Positions 1 through 14,600 of a stretch of 64,000 nt of DNA are shown here, piece after piece (position 1 is the stretch's first letter; each line of letters begins with the position of its first letter). This stretch comes from Eledone cirrhosa (Eukaryota): positions 2,480,001 through 2,544,000 of the forward strand of contig OZ024751.1 of assembly GCA_964016885.1 (NCBI GenBank), in the 5' to 3' direction. Below the pieces are notes generated by a model. That model was given only the letters and a program-made list of their open reading frames with translations. It had not been told where the DNA came from and did not search any database. Both the position numbers and the translations under genes were made by a program.

Positions 1-3000
1 AACCTTCTCTGTTGAAATGTCTTACCGAACTTTCTCTGTTGAACTGTCATGCTGAATCTTCCCTGTTGAAATGTCATGCTGAACCTTCCCTGTTTAACTG
101 TCATATTGAACTTTCACTGTTGAAATGTCATGCTGAACATTCCCTGTTGAACTGTCATATTGAACCTTCTCTGTTTACCCGTCATATTGAACCTTCTCTG
201 TTGAACTGTCATATTGAACCTTCCCTGTTGAACTGTCATGTTGAACCTTCTCTGTTTAACTATCATATTGAACTTTCTCTGTTGAACTGTCATGCTGAAC
301 CTTACTTGTTTAACTGTCATGTTGAACCTTCTCTGTTGAACTGTCATATTGAAGTTTCTCTGTTGAACTGTCACACTGAACCTTCTCTGTTGAACTGTCA
401 TATTGAACCTTCCTTGTTTAACTGTCATATTGAACCTTCTCTGTTGAACTGTCATGCTGAACCTTCCCTGTTGAACTATCATATTGAAACTTCTCTGTTG
501 AACTGTCATGTTGGACCTTCTCTGTTTAACTGTCATATTGAACCTTCTCTGTTGAACTGTCATATTGAACCTTCCCTCTTGAACTGTCATGTTGAACCTT
601 CTCTGTTTAACTGTCATATTGAACTTTCTCTGTTGAACTGTGATGCTGAACCTTACTTGTTTAACTGTCATGTTGAACCTTCTCTGTTGAACTGTCATAT
701 TGAAGCTTCTCTGTTGAACTGTCATACTGAACCTTCTCTGTTGAACTGTCATATTGAACCTTCCCTGTTGAACTGTCATGTTGGACCTTCCCTGTTTAAC
801 TGTCATATTGAACTTTCTCTGTTGAACTGTCATGCTGAAACTTCTCTGTTGAACTGTCATGCTGAACCTTCCCTGTTTAACTGTCAAGCTGAACCTTCCT
901 TGTTGAACTGTCATGTTGAACATTTTATGTTGAACTGTCATGCTGAACCTTCCCTGTTGACCTGTCATGTTGGACCTTCTCTGTGTAACTGTCATATTGA
1001 ACTTTCTCTGTTGAACTGTCATTGTGAACCTTCCCTTTTGAACTGTCATATTGAACCTTCTCTGTGAACTGTCATGCTGAACCTTCCCTGTTGAACTGTC
1101 ATATTGAACCTTCTCTGTTGAACTGTCATGCTGAACTTTCCCTGTTGAACTGTCATATTGAACCTTCTCTGTTGAACTGTCATGTTGGACCTTCTCTGTT
1201 TAACTGTCATATTGAACCTTCTCTGTTTAATTCTCATATTGAACTTTCTCTGTTGAACTGTCATTCTGAACCTTCAATGTTTAACTGTCATATTGAAATT
1301 TCTATGTTGAACTGTCATGCTGAACCTTCCATGTTGAACTGTCATATTGAACTTTCTCTGTTGAAATGTCATGCTGAATCTTCCCTGTTGAACTATCATG
1401 CTGAACGTTCCCTGTTTAACTGTCATATTGAACTTTCTCTGTTGAACTGTCATATTGGACCTTCTCTGTTTAACTGTCATATTGAACCTTCTCTGTTTAA
1501 CTGTCATATTGAACCTTCTCTGTTTAACTGTCATATTGAACCTTCTCTGTTGAACTGTCATGCTGAACCTTCCCTGTTTAACTGTCATATTGAACTTTCT
1601 CTGTTGAACTGTCATGCTGAACCATCCCTTTTGAACTGTCATATTGAACATTCTCTGTTGAACTGTCATGATGGACCTTCTCTGTTTAACTATCATATTG
1701 AACCTTCTCTGTTTAACTATCATATTGAACTTTCTCTGTTGAACTGACATGCTGAAACTTCTCTGTTGAACAGTAATGTTGAACCTTCTCTGTTGAACTT
1801 TCATATTGAACTTTCTCTGTTGAACTGTCGTATTGAACCTTCCCTGTAGAATTGTCATGTTGGACATTCCCTGTTTAACTCTCATATTGAACCTTCCCTG
1901 TTGAACTGTCATGCTGAAACTTCCCTGTTGAACTGTCATGTTGAACTTTCTCTGTTTAACTGTCATGCTTAACCTTCTCTGTTGAAATGTCATACCAAAC
2001 TTTCTCTGTTGAACTGTCATGCTGAATCTTCCCTGTTGAAATGTCATGCTGAACCTTCCCTGTTTAACTGTCATATTGAACTTTCACTGTTGAACTGTCA
2101 TGCTGAACATTCCCTGTTGAACTGTCATATTGAACCTTCTCTGTTTACCTGTCATATTGAACCTTCTCTGTTGAACTGTCATGTTGAACCTTCTCTGTTT
2201 AACTGTCATATTGAACTTTCTCTGTTGAACTGTCATGCTGAACCTTACTTGTTTAACTGTCATGTTGAACCTTCTCTGTTGAACTGTCACATTGAAGTTT
2301 CTCTGTTGAACTGTCATGCTGAACCTTCCTTGTTGAACTGTCATGTTGAACATTTTATGTTGAACTGTCATGCTGAACCTTCCCTGTTGAACTGTCATGT
2401 TGGACCTTCTCTGTGTAACTGTCATATTAAACTTTCACTGTTGAACTGTCATGCTGAACCTTCCCTGTTGAACTGTCATATTGAACCTTCTCTGTTGAAC
2501 TGTCATGTTGAACCTTCTCTGTTTAACTGTCATATTGAACCTTCTCTGTTTAACTGTCATATTGAACCTTCTCTGTTGAACTGTCATATTGAACCTTCAC
2601 TGTTGAACTGTCATGTTGAAACTTCACTGTTTAACTGTCATATTGAACCTTCTCTGTTTAACTGTCATATTGAACTTTCTCTGTTGAACTGTGATGCTGA
2701 ACCTTACTTGTTTAACTGTCATGTTGAACCTTCTCTGTTGAACTGTCATATTGAAGCTTCTCTGTTGAACTGTCATACTGAACCTTCTCTGTTGAACTGT
2801 CATATTGAACCTTCCCTGTTGAACTGTCATGTTGGACCTTCCCTGTTTAACTGTCATATTGAACTTTCTCTGTTGAACTCTCATGTTGAACATTTTATGT
2901 TGAACTGTCATGCTGAACCTTCCCTGTTGACCTGTCATGTTGGACCTTCTCTATGTAACTGTCATATTGAACCTTCTCTTTTGAACTGTCATATTGAACA
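1..3000. repeat. Diverged higher-order duplication within the satellite, offset about 1,970 bp (about 1-1,000 vs about 1,971-3,000)
   Basis: ORFs at 12 and 1982 begin with nearly the same monomer order. Rare markers are shared: ccttacttg (about 300, 651, 2243, 2702), gaacattttatg (about 918, 2348, 2888), gaagtttc (351, 2294). The copies differ by substitutions and reshuffled monomers. Confidence 0.75.
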
Positions 3001-5462
3001 TTTTCTGTTGAACTGTCATATTGAACCTTCTCAGTTTAACTGTCATATTGAACCTTCTCTGTTGAACTGTCATATTGAACCTTCCTTGTTGAACTGTCAT
3101 GTTGGACCTTCCCTGTTTAACTGTCATATTGAACCTTCCCTGTTGAACTGTCATATTGAACTTTCTCTGTTGAACTGTCATGTTGAACCTTCTCTGTTTA
3201 ACTGTCATATTGAACTTTCTCTGTTGAACTGTCATTCTGAACCTTCCTTGTTGAACTGTCATTTTGAACATTCTCTGTTGAACTGTCATATTGAACCTTC
3301 TCTGTTGAACTGTCATGTTGAACCTTCTCTGTAGAACTGTCATATTGAACCTTCTTTGTTTAACTGTCATATTGAACTTTCTCTGTTGAACTGTCATATT
3401 GAACATTCTCTGTTGAACTGTCATGCTAAACCTTCCCTGTTGAACTGTCATATTGAACCTTCTCTGTTGATCTGTCATGCTGAACCTTCCCTGTTGAACT
3501 GTCATTCTGAACCTTCCCTGTTTAACTGTCATATTGAAATTTCTCTGTTGAACTGTCATGCTGAACCTTCCCTGTTGAACTGTCATATTGAACCTTCTCT
3601 GTTGAACTGTCATATTGAACCTTCTCTGTTGAACTGTCATGTTGGACCTTCTCTGTTTAACTGTCATATTGAACCTTCTCTGTTTAACTCTCATATTGAA
3701 CTTTCTCTGTTGAACTGTCATGCTGAACCTTCCCTGTTGCACTGTCATTCTGAACCTTCCCTGTTTAACTGTCATATTGAAATTTCTCTGTTGAACTGTC
3801 ATGCTGAACCTTCCCTTTTGAACTGTCATATTGAATCTTCTCTGTTGAACTGTCATGCTGAACCTTCCCTGTTGAACTGTCATATTGAACCTTCTCTGTT
3901 GAACTGTCATGCTGAACCTTCCCTGTTGAACTGTCATATTGAACCTTCTCTGTTGAACTGTCATGTTGGACAATCTCTGTTTAACTGTCATATTGAACCT
4001 TCTCTGTTTAACTATTATATTGAACTTTCTATGTTGAACTGTCATGCTGAACCTTCCCTGTTGAACTGTCATGTTGTACCTTCTCTGTTGAACTGTCATA
4101 TTGAACCTTCTCTGTTAAACAGTCATGCTGAACCTTCCTTGTTGAACTGTCATGTTGAACCTTCTCTGTTGAACTGTCATATTGAACCTTCTCTGTTGAA
4201 CTGTCATGCTTAAACTTCCCTGTTGAACTGTCATATTGAACCTTCTCTGTTGAACTGTCATGCTGAACCTTCCCTGTTGAACTGTAATATTGAACCTTCT
4301 CTGTTGAACTGTCATGTTGGACCTTCTCTGTTGAACTGTCATGCTGAACCTTCTCTGTTTAACTATCATATTGAACTTTCTCTGTTGAACTGTGATGCTG
4401 AACCTTCCCTGTTGAACTGTCAGATTGAACCTTCTTTGTTGAACTGTCAAGTTGAACCTTCTCTGTTTAACTGTCATGCTGAACCTTCTCTGTTGAACTG
4501 TCATATTGAACTTTCTCTGTTGAACTGTCATGCTGAATCTTCTCTGTTGAACTGTCAGGTTGAACCTTCTCTGTTTAACTGTCATGCTGAACCTTCTCTG
4601 TTGAACTGTCATAATGAACTTTCTCTGTTGAACTGTCATGCTGAATCTTGCCTGTTGAACTGTCATGCTGAACCATCCCTGTTTAACTGTCATATTGAAC
4701 TTTCTATGTTGAATTGTCATGCTGAACCTTCCCTGTTGAACTGTCATATTGAACTTTCTATGTTGAATTGTCATGCTGAACCTTCTCTGTTGAACTGCCA
4801 TATTGAACTTTCCCTGTTGAAATGTCATGCTGAATCTTCCCTGGTGAACTGTCATGTTGAACCCTCTCTGTTTAACTGTCATGCTGAACCTTCTCTGTTG
4901 AACTGTCACATTGAAATGTCTCTGTTGAACTGTCATGCTGAATCTTGCCTGTTGAACTGTCATGCTGAACCTTCCCTGTTTAACTGTCATATTGAACCTT
5001 CTCTGTTGAACTGTCATGTTGCACCTTCTCTGTTTAACTGTCATATTGAACCTTCTCTGTTTAACTGTCATATTGAACCTTCTCTGTTTAACTGTCATGT
5101 TGAACCTTCCCTGTTGAACTGTCATGTTGAACCTTCTCTGTTTAACTGTCATATTGAAATTTCTTTGTTGAACTGTCATGCTGAACCTTCCTTGATGAAC
5201 TGTCATGTTGGACCTTCTCTGTTTAACTATCATATTGAACCTTCTCTGTTTAACTATCATATTGAACTTTCTCTGTTGAACTGTCATGCTGAAGCTTCCC
5301 TGTTGAACTGTCATGTTGAACCTTGTCTGTTGGACTTTCATATTGAACCTTCTCTGTTGAACTGTCGTATTGAACCTTCCCTGTTGAACTGTCATGTTGA
5401 ACCGTCTCTGTTTATCTGTCATATTGAACTTTCTCTGTTGAATTGTCATGCTGAACCTTTCT

Positions 5463-8400
5463 TGTTGAACTGTCATGTTGAACCTTCACTGTTGAACTAT
5501 TATATTGAATCTTCTCTGTTGAACTGTCATATTGAAAATTCACTGTTTAACTGTCATATTGAACTTTCTCTGTTGAACTGTCATGCTGAACCTTCCTGTT
5601 GAACTGTCATATTGAACCTCCCCTATCTAACTGTCATATTGACCCTTCTCTGTTGAACTGTCATGCTGAACCTTCCCTGTTGAACTATCATATTGAACCT
5701 TCTCTGTTGAACTGTCATGTTGGACCTTCTCTGTTTAACTGTCATATTGAACCTTCTCTGTTCAACTGTCATGCTGAACCTTCCTTGTTGAACTGTCACG
5801 GACCTTCTCTGTTTAACTATCATAATGAACCTACTCTGTTTAACTATCATATTGAACTTTCTCTGTTGAACTGTCATGCTGAACCTTCCCTGTTGAACTG
5901 TCATGTTGAACCTTCTCTGTTGAATTTTCATTTTGAACCTTCTCTGTTGAACTGTCGTATTGAACCTTCCCTGTTGAACTGTCATGTTGAACCTTCTCTG
6001 TTTAACTGTCATGCTGAACCTTCTCTGTTGAACTGTCATATTGAACTTTCTCTGTTGAAATGTCATGCTGAATCTTCCCTGTTGAACTGGTATGCTGAAC
6101 CTTCCCTGTTTAACTGTCATATTGAACTTTCTCTGTTGAACTGTTATGTTGGACCTTCCCTGTTTAACTGTCATATTGAACCTTCTCTGTTGAACTGTCA
6201 TGTTGGACCATCTCTGTTTAACTATCATATGGAAGCTTCTCTGTTTAACTATCATATTGAACTTTCTCTTTTGAACTGTCATGCTGAATCTTCCGTTGAA
6301 CTGTCATGCTGAACCTTCTCTGTTGAACTGTCGTATTGAACCTTCCCTGTTGAACTGTCATGTTGGACATTCCCTGTTTAACTCTCATATTGAACCTTCC
6401 CTGTTGAACTGTCATATTGAACTTTCCCTGTTGAACTGTCATGCTGAAACTTCCCTGTTGAACTGTCATGCTGAACCTTCCCTGTTTAACTGTCATATTG
6501 AACTTTCTCTGTTGAACTGTCATGCTGAACATACCCTGTTGAACTGTCATATTGAACCTTCTTTGTTGAACTATCATGTTGGACGTTCTCTGTTTAACTG
6601 TCATATAGAACCTTCTCTGTTTAACCGTCATATTGAACCTTCTCTGTTGAACTGTCATATTGAACCTTCCCTGTTGAACTGTCATGTTGAACCTTCTCTG
6701 TTTAACTATCATATTGAACTTTCTCTGTTGAACTGTCATGCTGAACCTTCTATGTTGAACTGACATGCTGAACATTCCCTGTTGAACTGTCATGTTGGAC
6801 CTTCTCTGTTTAACTGTCATATTGAACTTTCTCTGTTGAACTGTCATGCTGTACCTTCCTTGTTGAACTGTCATGTTGAACCTTCTCTGTTGAACTGTCA
6901 TATTGAACCATCTCTGTTGAACTGTCATGTTGGACCTTCTCTGTTGAACTGTCATATTGAACCTTCTCTATAGAATTGTCATATTGAACCTTCTTTGTTT
7001 AACTGTCATATTGAACTTTCTCTGTTGAACTGTCATATTGATCATTCTCTGTTGAACTGTCATGCTGAACCTTCCCTGTTGAACTGTCATATTTAACGTT
7101 CTCTGTTGAACTGTCATGTTTGGACCTTCTCTGTTTAACTGTCATATTGAACCTTCTCTGTTTACCTCTCATATTGAACTTTCTCTGTTGAACTGTCATG
7201 CGGAACCTTCCCTGTTGAACTGTCATTCTGAACCTTCCCTGTTTAACTGTCATATTGAAATTTCTCTGTTGAACTGTCATGCTGAACCTTCCCTTTTGTA
7301 CTGTCATATTGAACCTTCTCTATGAACTGTCAAGCTGAACCTTCCCTGTTGAACTGTCATATTGAACCTTCTCTGTTGAAATGTCATGCTGAACCTTCCC
7401 TGTTGAACTGTCATATTGAACCTTCTCTGTTGAACTGTCATATTGGACCTTCTCTGTTTAACTATCATATTGAACCTTCTCTGTTTAACTATCATATTGA
7501 ACTTTCTCTGTTGAACTGTCATGCTGAAGCTTTTCTGTTGAACTGTCATATTGAACCTTCCCTGTTGAACTGTCATGTTGAACATTCTCTGTTTAACTGT
7601 CATATTGAACTTTCTCTGTTAAAGATTCATGCTGAACCTTCCTTGTTGAACTGTCATGTTGAACCTTCTCTGTTTAACTGTCATATTGAACCTTCTCTGT
7701 TTAACTATCATATTGAACTTTCTCTGTTGAACTGTGATGCTGAACCTTCCCTGTTGAACTGTCATATTGAACCTTCCCTGTTGAACTGTCATGCTGAATC
7801 TTCCCTGTTGAACTGTCATGCTGAACCTTCTCTGTTGAACTGTCGTATTGAACCTTCACTGTTGAACTGTCATGCTGAACATTCCCTGTTGAACTGTCAT
7901 GTTGAACCTTCTCTGTTGAACTGTCATGCTGAACCTTCCCTGTTGAGCTATCATATTGAACCTTCTCTGTTGAACTGTCATGTTGGACGTTCTCTGTTTA
8001 ACTGTCATATTGAACCTTCTCTGTTGAACTGTCATATTGAACCTTCCCTGTTGAACTGTCATGTTAAACCTTCTCTGTTTAACTGTCATCATGAACATTC
8101 CCTGTTGAACTGTCATATTGAACCTTCTCTGTTGAATGTCATGCTGAACCTTCCCTGTTGAACTGTCATATTGAACTTTCTCTGTTGAACTGTCATGCTG
8201 AACCTTCCCTGTTGAACTGTAATATTGAACCTTCTCTGTTGAACTGTCATGCTGAACCTTCCCTGTTGAACTGTCATATTGAACCTTCTCTGTTGAACTG
8301 TCATGTTGGACCTTTTCTGTTTAACCATCTTATTGAACCTTCTCTGTTTAACTATCATATTGAACTTTCTCTGTTGAACTGTCATGCTGAATCTTCCGTT

Positions 8401-11400
8401 GAACTGTCATGCTGAACCTTCTCTGTTGAACTGTCGTATTGAACCTTCCCTGTTGAACTGTCATGGACATTCCCTGTGTAACTCTCATATTGAACCTTCC
8501 CTGTTGAACTGTCATATTGAAATTTCCCTGTTGAACTCTCATGCTGAAACTTCCCTGTTGAACTGTCATGTTGAACCTTCTCTGTTTAACTGTCATGCTG
8601 AACCTTCTCTGTTGAACTGTCATATTGAACTTTCTCTGTTGAACTGTCATGCTGAATCTTCTCTGTTGAACTGTCATGCTGAACATTCCCTGTTGAACTG
8701 TCATATTGAACCTTCTCTGTTGAACTATCATATTGAACCTTCTCTGTTGAACTGTCATGTTGGACGTTCTCTGTTTAACTGTCATATTGAACCTTCTCTG
8801 TTTAACTGTCATATTGAACCTTCTCTGTTGAACTGTCATATTGAACCTTCCCTGTTGAACTGTCATGTTGAACCTTCTCTGTTTAACTGTCATATTGAAC
8901 TTTCTCTGTTGAACTGTCATGCTGAACCTACTATGTTGGATTGACATGCTGAAAATTCCCTGTTGAACTGTCATGTTGGACCTTCTCTGTTTAACTGTCA
9001 TATTGATCTTTCTCTGTTGAACTGTCATGCTGTACCTTCCTTGTTGAACTGTCATGTTGAACCTTCTCTGTTGAACTGTCATATTGAACCTTCTCTGTTG
9101 AACTGTCATGTTGGACCTTCTCTGTTGAACTGTCATATTGAACCTTCTCTGTAGAATTGTCATATTGAACCTTCTTTGTTTAACTGTCATATTGAAATTT
9201 CTCTGCTGAACTGTCATATTGAACCTTCCCTGTTGAAATGTCATGTTGAACCTTCTATGTTTAACTGTCATATTGAACTTTCTCTGTTGAACTGTCATGC
9301 TGAACCTTCCTTGTTGAACAGTCATGTTGAACCTTCTCTGTTGAACTGTCATATTGAACCTTCTCTGTTGAACTGTCATATTGAACCTTCCCTGTTGAAC
9401 TGTCATGTTGAACCTTCTCTGTTTAACTGTCATATTGAACTTTCTCTGTTGAACTGTCATGCTGAACCTTTTATGTTGGACTGTCATGCTGAATCTTCCC
9501 TGTTTAACTGTCATGCTGAATCTTCCCTGTTTAACTGTCATATTGAACTTTCTCTGTTTAACTGTCATGCTGAACCTTCTCTGTTGAACTGTCATATTGA
9601 ACTTTCTCTGTTGAACTGTGAAGCTGAATCTTCCCTGTTGAACTGTCATGCTGAACCTTCCCTGTTTAATTGTCATATTGAACTTTCTCTGTTGAACTGT
9701 CATGCTGAAACTTCCCTGTTCAACTGTCATATTGAACCTTCCCTGTTGAACTGTCATGCTGAACCTTCCCTGTTGAACTATCATATTGAACCTTCTCCGT
9801 TGAACTGTCATGTTGGACTATCTCTGTTTAACTGTCATATTTAACCTTCTCTGTTTAACTATCATATTGAACATTCTCTGTTGAACTGTCCTGCTGAACC
9901 TTCCCTGTTGAACTGTCATGTTGGACCTTCCCTGTTTAACTGTCATATTTAATCTTCCCTGTTTAACTGTCATGCTGAACCTTCCCTGTTGAACTGGCAT
10001 CTTGAACCATCTCTGTTGAACTGTCATGCTGAACCTTCCCTGTTGAACTATCATATTGAACCTTCTTTGTTGAACTGTCATCTTGGACCTTCTCTGTTTA
10101 ACTGTCATATTGAACATTCTCTGTTTAACTGTCATATTGAACATTCTCTGTTGAAATATCATATTGAACCTTCCCTGTTGAAATGTCATGTTGAACCTTC
10201 TATGTTTAACTGTCATATTGAACTTTCTCTGTTGAACTGTCATGCTGAACCTTCCTTGTTGAACAGTCATGTTGAACCTTCTCTGATGAACTGTCATATT
10301 GAACCTTCTCTGTTGAAGTGTCATGTTGGACCTTCTCTGTTTAACTGTCATATTGAACCTTCTCTATTTAACTGTCATATTGAACCTTCTCTGATGAACT
10401 GTAATATTGAACCTTCCCAGTTGAACTGTCATGTTGAACCTTCTCTGTTTAACTGTCACATTGAACTTTCTATGTTGAACTGTCATGTTGAACCTTCTCT
10501 GTTGAACTGTCATATTGAAAGTTCGCTGTTGAACTGTCATGTTGGACCTTCTCTGTTGAACTGTCATGTTGAACCTTCTCTGTTTAACTATCATGTTGAA
10601 CTTTCTCTGTTGAACTGTGATGCTGAACCTTCCCTGTTGAACTGTCATGTTGAACCTTCCCTGTTGAACTGTCATGTTGAACCTTCTCTGTTGAACTGTC
10701 ATGCTGAACCTTCCCTTTTTAACTGTCATGCTGAACCTTCTATTTTGAACTGTCATGCTGAACCTTCCCTGTTTAACTGTCATGCTGAACCTTCTATGTT
10801 GAACTGTCATGTTGGACCTTCTCTGTTTAACTGTCATATTGAATCTTCTCTGTTTAACTGTCATATTGAACCTTCTCTGTTGAACTGTCATATTGAACCT
10901 TCCCTGTTGAACTGTCATGTTGAACCTTCTCTGTTGAACTGTCATGCTGAACCTTCCCTTTTTAACTGTCATGCTGAACCTTCTATTTTGAACTGTCATG
11001 CTGAACCTTCCCTGTTTAACTGTCATGCTGAACCTTCTATGTTGAACTGTCATGTTGGACCTTCTCTGTTTAACTGTCATATTGAATCTTCTCTGTTTAA
11101 CTGTCATGTTGGACCTTCTCTGTTGAACTGTCACATTGAACCGTCTCTGTAGAACTATCATATTGAACCTTCTTTGTTGAACTGTCATGTTGGACCTTCT
11201 CTGTTTAACTGTCATATTGAACATTCTCTGTTTAACTGTCATATTGAACATTCTCTGTTGAAATATCATATTGAACCTTCCCTGTTGAAATGTCATGTTG
11301 AACCTTCTATGTTTAACTGTCATATTGAACTTTCTCTGTTGAACTGTCATGCTTAACCTTCCTTGTTGAACAGTCATGTTGAACCTTCTCTGTTGAACTG

Positions 11401-11660
11401 TCATATTGAACCTTCTCTGTTGAAGTGTCATGTTGGACCTTCTCTGTTTAACTGTCATATTGAAACTTCCCTGTTGAACTGTCATGTTGGACCTTCCCTG
11501 TTTAACTGTCATATTGAACCTTCCCTGTTGAATTGTCATATTGAACTTTCTCTGTTGAACTGTCATATTGAACCTTCCCTGTTGAACTGTCATGTTGAAC
11601 CTTCTCTGTTTAACTGTCATATTGAACTTTCTCTGTTGAACTGTCATGCTGAACCTTCCC
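5463..11660. repeat. 6,198-bp higher-order unit, copy 1 (230 monomers, net -12 bp of indels)
   Basis: ORFs from 5599 to 11174 recur with identical translation at exactly +6198 (5599/11797, 6281/12479, 7322/13520, 8348/14546, 9989/16187, 11174/17372). Confidence 0.95.
10650..11105. repeat. Local 243-bp (9-monomer) tandem duplication, also present at +6198
   Basis: Rare variants ccctttttaac and ttctattttgaac occur at about 10713/10956 and 10738/10981, an offset of 243 = 9 x 27. Ends are approximate. Confidence 0.85.
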
Positions 11661-14600
11661 TGTTGAACTGTCATGTTGAACCTTCACTGTTGAACTATTA
11701 TATTGAATCTTCTCTGTTGAACTGTCATATTGAAAATTCACTGTTTAACTGTCATATTGAACTTTCTCTGTTGAACTGTCATGCTGAACCTTCCTGTTGA
11801 ACTGTCATATTGAACCTCCCCTATCTAACTGTCATATTGACCCTTCTCTGTTGAACTGTCATGCTGAACCTTCCCTGTTGAACTATCATATTGAACCTTC
11901 TCTGTTGAACTGTCATGTTGGACCTTCTCTGTTTAACTGTCATATTGAACCTTCTCTGTTCAACTGTCATGCTGAACCTTCCTTGTTGAACTGTCACGGA
12001 CCTTCTCTGTTTAACTATCATAATGAACCTACTCTGTTTAACTATCATATTGAACTTTCTCTGTTGAACTGTCATGCTGAACCTTCCCTGTTGAACTGTC
12101 ATGTTGAACCTTCTCTGTTGAATTTTCATTTTGAACCTTCTCTGTTGAACTGTCGTATTGAACCTTCCCTGTTGAACTGTCATGTTGAACCTTCTCTGTT
12201 TAACTGTCATGCTGAACCTTCTCTGTTGAACTGTCATATTGAACTTTCTCTGTTGAAATGTCATGCTGAATCTTCCCTGTTGAACTGGTATGCTGAACCT
12301 TCCCTGTTTAACTGTCATATTGAACTTTCTCTGTTGAACTGTTATGTTGGACCTTCCCTGTTTAACTGTCATATTGAACCTTCTCTGTTGAACTGTCATG
12401 TTGGACCATCTCTGTTTAACTATCATATGGAAGCTTCTCTGTTTAACTATCATATTGAACTTTCTCTTTTGAACTGTCATGCTGAATCTTCCGTTGAACT
12501 GTCATGCTGAACCTTCTCTGTTGAACTGTCGTATTGAACCTTCCCTGTTGAACTGTCATGTTGGACATTCCCTGTTTAACTCTCATATTGAACCTTCCCT
12601 GTTGAACTGTCATATTGAACTTTCCCTGTTGAACTGTCATGCTGAAACTTCCCTGTTGAACTGTCATGCTGAACCTTCCCTGTTTAACTGTCATATTGAA
12701 CTTTCTCTGTTGAACTGTCATGCTGAACATACCCTGTTGAACTGTCATATTGAACCTTCTTTGTTGAACTATCATGTTGGACGTTCTCTGTTTAACTGTC
12801 ATATAGAACCTTCTCTGTTTAACCGTCATATTGAACCTTCTCTGTTGAACTGTCATATTGAACCTTCCCTGTTGAACTGTCATGTTGAACCTTCTCTGTT
12901 TAACTATCATATTGAACTTTCTCTGTTGAACTGTCATGCTGAACCTTCTATGTTGAACTGACATGCTGAACATTCCCTGTTGAACTGTCATGTTGGACCT
13001 TCTCTGTTTAACTGTCATATTGAACTTTCTCTGTTGAACTGTCATGCTGTACCTTCCTTGTTGAACTGTCATGTTGAACCTTCTCTGTTGAACTGTCATA
13101 TTGAACCATCTCTGTTGAACTGTCATGTTGGACCTTCTCTGTTGAACTGTCATATTGAACCTTCTCTATAGAATTGTCATATTGAACCTTCTTTGTTTAA
13201 CTGTCATATTGAACTTTCTCTGTTGAACTGTCATATTGATCATTCTCTGTTGAACTGTCATGCTGAACCTTCCCTGTTGAACTGTCATATTTAACGTTCT
13301 CTGTTGAACTGTCATGTTTGGACCTTCTCTGTTTAACTGTCATATTGAACCTTCTCTGTTTACCTCTCATATTGAACTTTCTCTGTTGAACTGTCATGCG
13401 GAACCTTCCCTGTTGAACTGTCATTCTGAACCTTCCCTGTTTAACTGTCATATTGAAATTTCTCTGTTGAACTGTCATGCTGAACCTTCCCTTTTGTACT
13501 GTCATATTGAACCTTCTCTATGAACTGTCAAGCTGAACCTTCCCTGTTGAACTGTCATATTGAACCTTCTCTGTTGAAATGTCATGCTGAACCTTCCCTG
13601 TTGAACTGTCATATTGAACCTTCTCTGTTGAACTGTCATATTGGACCTTCTCTGTTTAACTATCATATTGAACCTTCTCTGTTTAACTATCATATTGAAC
13701 TTTCTCTGTTGAACTGTCATGCTGAAGCTTTTCTGTTGAACTGTCATATTGAACCTTCCCTGTTGAACTGTCATGTTGAACATTCTCTGTTTAACTGTCA
13801 TATTGAACTTTCTCTGTTAAAGATTCATGCTGAACCTTCCTTGTTGAACTGTCATGTTGAACCTTCTCTGTTTAACTGTCATATTGAACCTTCTCTGTTT
13901 AACTATCATATTGAACTTTCTCTGTTGAACTGTGATGCTGAACCTTCCCTGTTGAACTGTCATATTGAACCTTCCCTGTTGAACTGTCATGCTGAATCTT
14001 CCCTGTTGAACTGTCATGCTGAACCTTCTCTGTTGAACTGTCGTATTGAACCTTCACTGTTGAACTGTCATGCTGAACATTCCCTGTTGAACTGTCATGT
14101 TGAACCTTCTCTGTTGAACTGTCATGCTGAACCTTCCCTGTTGAGCTATCATATTGAACCTTCTCTGTTGAACTGTCATGTTGGACGTTCTCTGTTTAAC
14201 TGTCATATTGAACCTTCTCTGTTGAACTGTCATATTGAACCTTCCCTGTTGAACTGTCATGTTAAACCTTCTCTGTTTAACTGTCATCATGAACATTCCC
14301 TGTTGAACTGTCATATTGAACCTTCTCTGTTGAATGTCATGCTGAACCTTCCCTGTTGAACTGTCATATTGAACTTTCTCTGTTGAACTGTCATGCTGAA
14401 CCTTCCCTGTTGAACTGTAATATTGAACCTTCTCTGTTGAACTGTCATGCTGAACCTTCCCTGTTGAACTGTCATATTGAACCTTCTCTGTTGAACTGTC
14501 ATGTTGGACCTTTTCTGTTTAACCATCTTATTGAACCTTCTCTGTTTAACTATCATATTGAACTTTCTCTGTTGAACTGTCATGCTGAATCTTCCGTTGA

